A DNA stretch of 64,000 bases from Octopus sinensis. Lineage: Eukaryota. Position 1 is the first letter of the stretch. The number at the start of each line of letters is the position of its first letter. The position numbers and the translations under genes were made by a program. The stretch lies in the NCBI RefSeq assembly GCF_006345805.1, contig NC_042997.1, forward strand, positions 139,810,001-139,874,000, written 5' to 3'. Positions 63,073 through 64,000 of the stretch are shown here, piece by piece. The notes beneath the pieces are model-generated. The model was not told where the DNA came from. It did not search any database and saw only the letters and a list, made by a program, of their open reading frames with translations.

Positions 63073-63428
63073 GTATAGCTTATTAAAATCTTTTCCCTTT
63101 TAATTGGAAACAGAAGCAGTTCTGACAGTCTCTTTCTATCTTATCCTCTTCTCCTGTTTTACATGTATTTAGCATGTCTGAGATGGTTTGGTGTTTACAG
63201 CTTCTAATATTTGAATATTTTGGAGTAATTGTTTCAACAACAGAAAGAACTTTCCACTAATCATTTAACTGTGAAATATGAGTGGCACTCATTGTCCTGT
63301 TTTCCAGGGTAGATGAGGCAAACTAAATTAAGTTCCCAAACCCCCAAAAGCGAAACAACTGTTTAGTAGTAATGTTTGACCTCAGTTCAGTAATTAAGAA
63401 ACTCATCTCACAGACATTATATCTCTTT

Positions 63429-63646
63429 TTTTAAGGTGGTGAGCTGGCAGAAATGTGAGCACACCAGGCAAAATGCTTAGCGATATTTCATCTGCCTTTA
63501 CATTCTGAGTTCAAATTCCGCCGAGGTCGACTTTGCCTTTCATCCTTTCAGGATTGATAAATTAAGCACTAGTTGCGTACTGGGGTCGATCTAATCGACT
63601 GGCCCCCTCCCAAAAAATTACAGGCCTTGTGCCTAGAGTAGAAAAG
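63429..63646 (+). mobile_element. Complete tRNA-derived SINE with 13-bp TSD ATTATATCTCTTT
   Basis: GAGCTGGCAGAA head, GAGTTCAAATTCC B box and a central TTGCCTTTCATCCTTTC...GATAAATTAAG block. TSD at 63416-63428 and 63647-63659. Confidence 0.9.
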
Positions 63647-64000
63647 ATTATATCTCTTTCCTGAAATTACTTCAAAAAAATCTTGGTGGTAGATATGATG
63701 CAGGCATCTAAGAATTTGCCTAGATGCGTTGTAGCATCTTGCTCAGTGCCTTAATATATTAAACTCAAATCCTCCTGGTAGTTGAGAAATAACCTCAATT
63801 TCATTAATATTTCAGTTTGTCACAGCTCTTAGTTCAAATGTTGCATGTGTCTCTATTCTTTTTATTCTCTTTGGGTATATAAAATTATCATCATCAGTTG
63901 TATACTGAGGTTGAGGTATTTGGCTCTACAATAGCTTATCCTTTACAAAATTCTCTGTATGCATGGTAGGAAGAAAACATTATTTTAAATTAATAAGATT

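Noticed and set aside
63435-63540. tRNA gene
   Set aside because: The A/B boxes continue into a SINE body with a TSD, and no clean cloverleaf forms. The same applies at 28598-28702 and 59388.

Overview
AT-rich, repeat-dense eukaryotic genomic DNA. The repeat content suggests a coleoid cephalopod, most likely Octopus (inference from recognised SINE/RTE families and abundant TA/CA microsatellites). Two spliced host genes point away from each other. On the minus strand are the first three coding exons of the pseudokinase SCYL3/PACE-1 (7599-7414, 1804-1619, 378-208), running off the left edge. On the plus strand are three coding exons of phytanoyl-CoA dioxygenase PHYH (54437-54576, 61028-61196, 62991-63072), running off the right edge. 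The ~47 kb between them and the introns hold nested transposons: RTE LINEs and their (GAT)n-tailed 3' derivatives, a young CR1 inside an RTE with a 7-bp TSD, a GC-rich Neptune-type Penelope-like element (PLE), older PLE and HERO remnants, Tc1, mariner, hAT, Helitron and MITE elements, and tRNA-derived SINEs. Most notable: (1) hammerhead ribozyme motifs in PLE-type 3' ends, one with an intact core and a 70-nt stem-II insert and no RT nearby; (2) a PHYH reading frame that may start without the N-terminal PTS2 signal; (3) an Hsmar1-like mariner with ~200-bp TIRs; (4) a templated-insertion repair scar; (5) a Merlin-like 144-bp MITE. No CRISPR arrays, rRNA or true tRNA genes are supported. I cannot claim a new biological system. 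Family assignments are from motif recall, not database searches, and boundaries of degraded elements are approximate.
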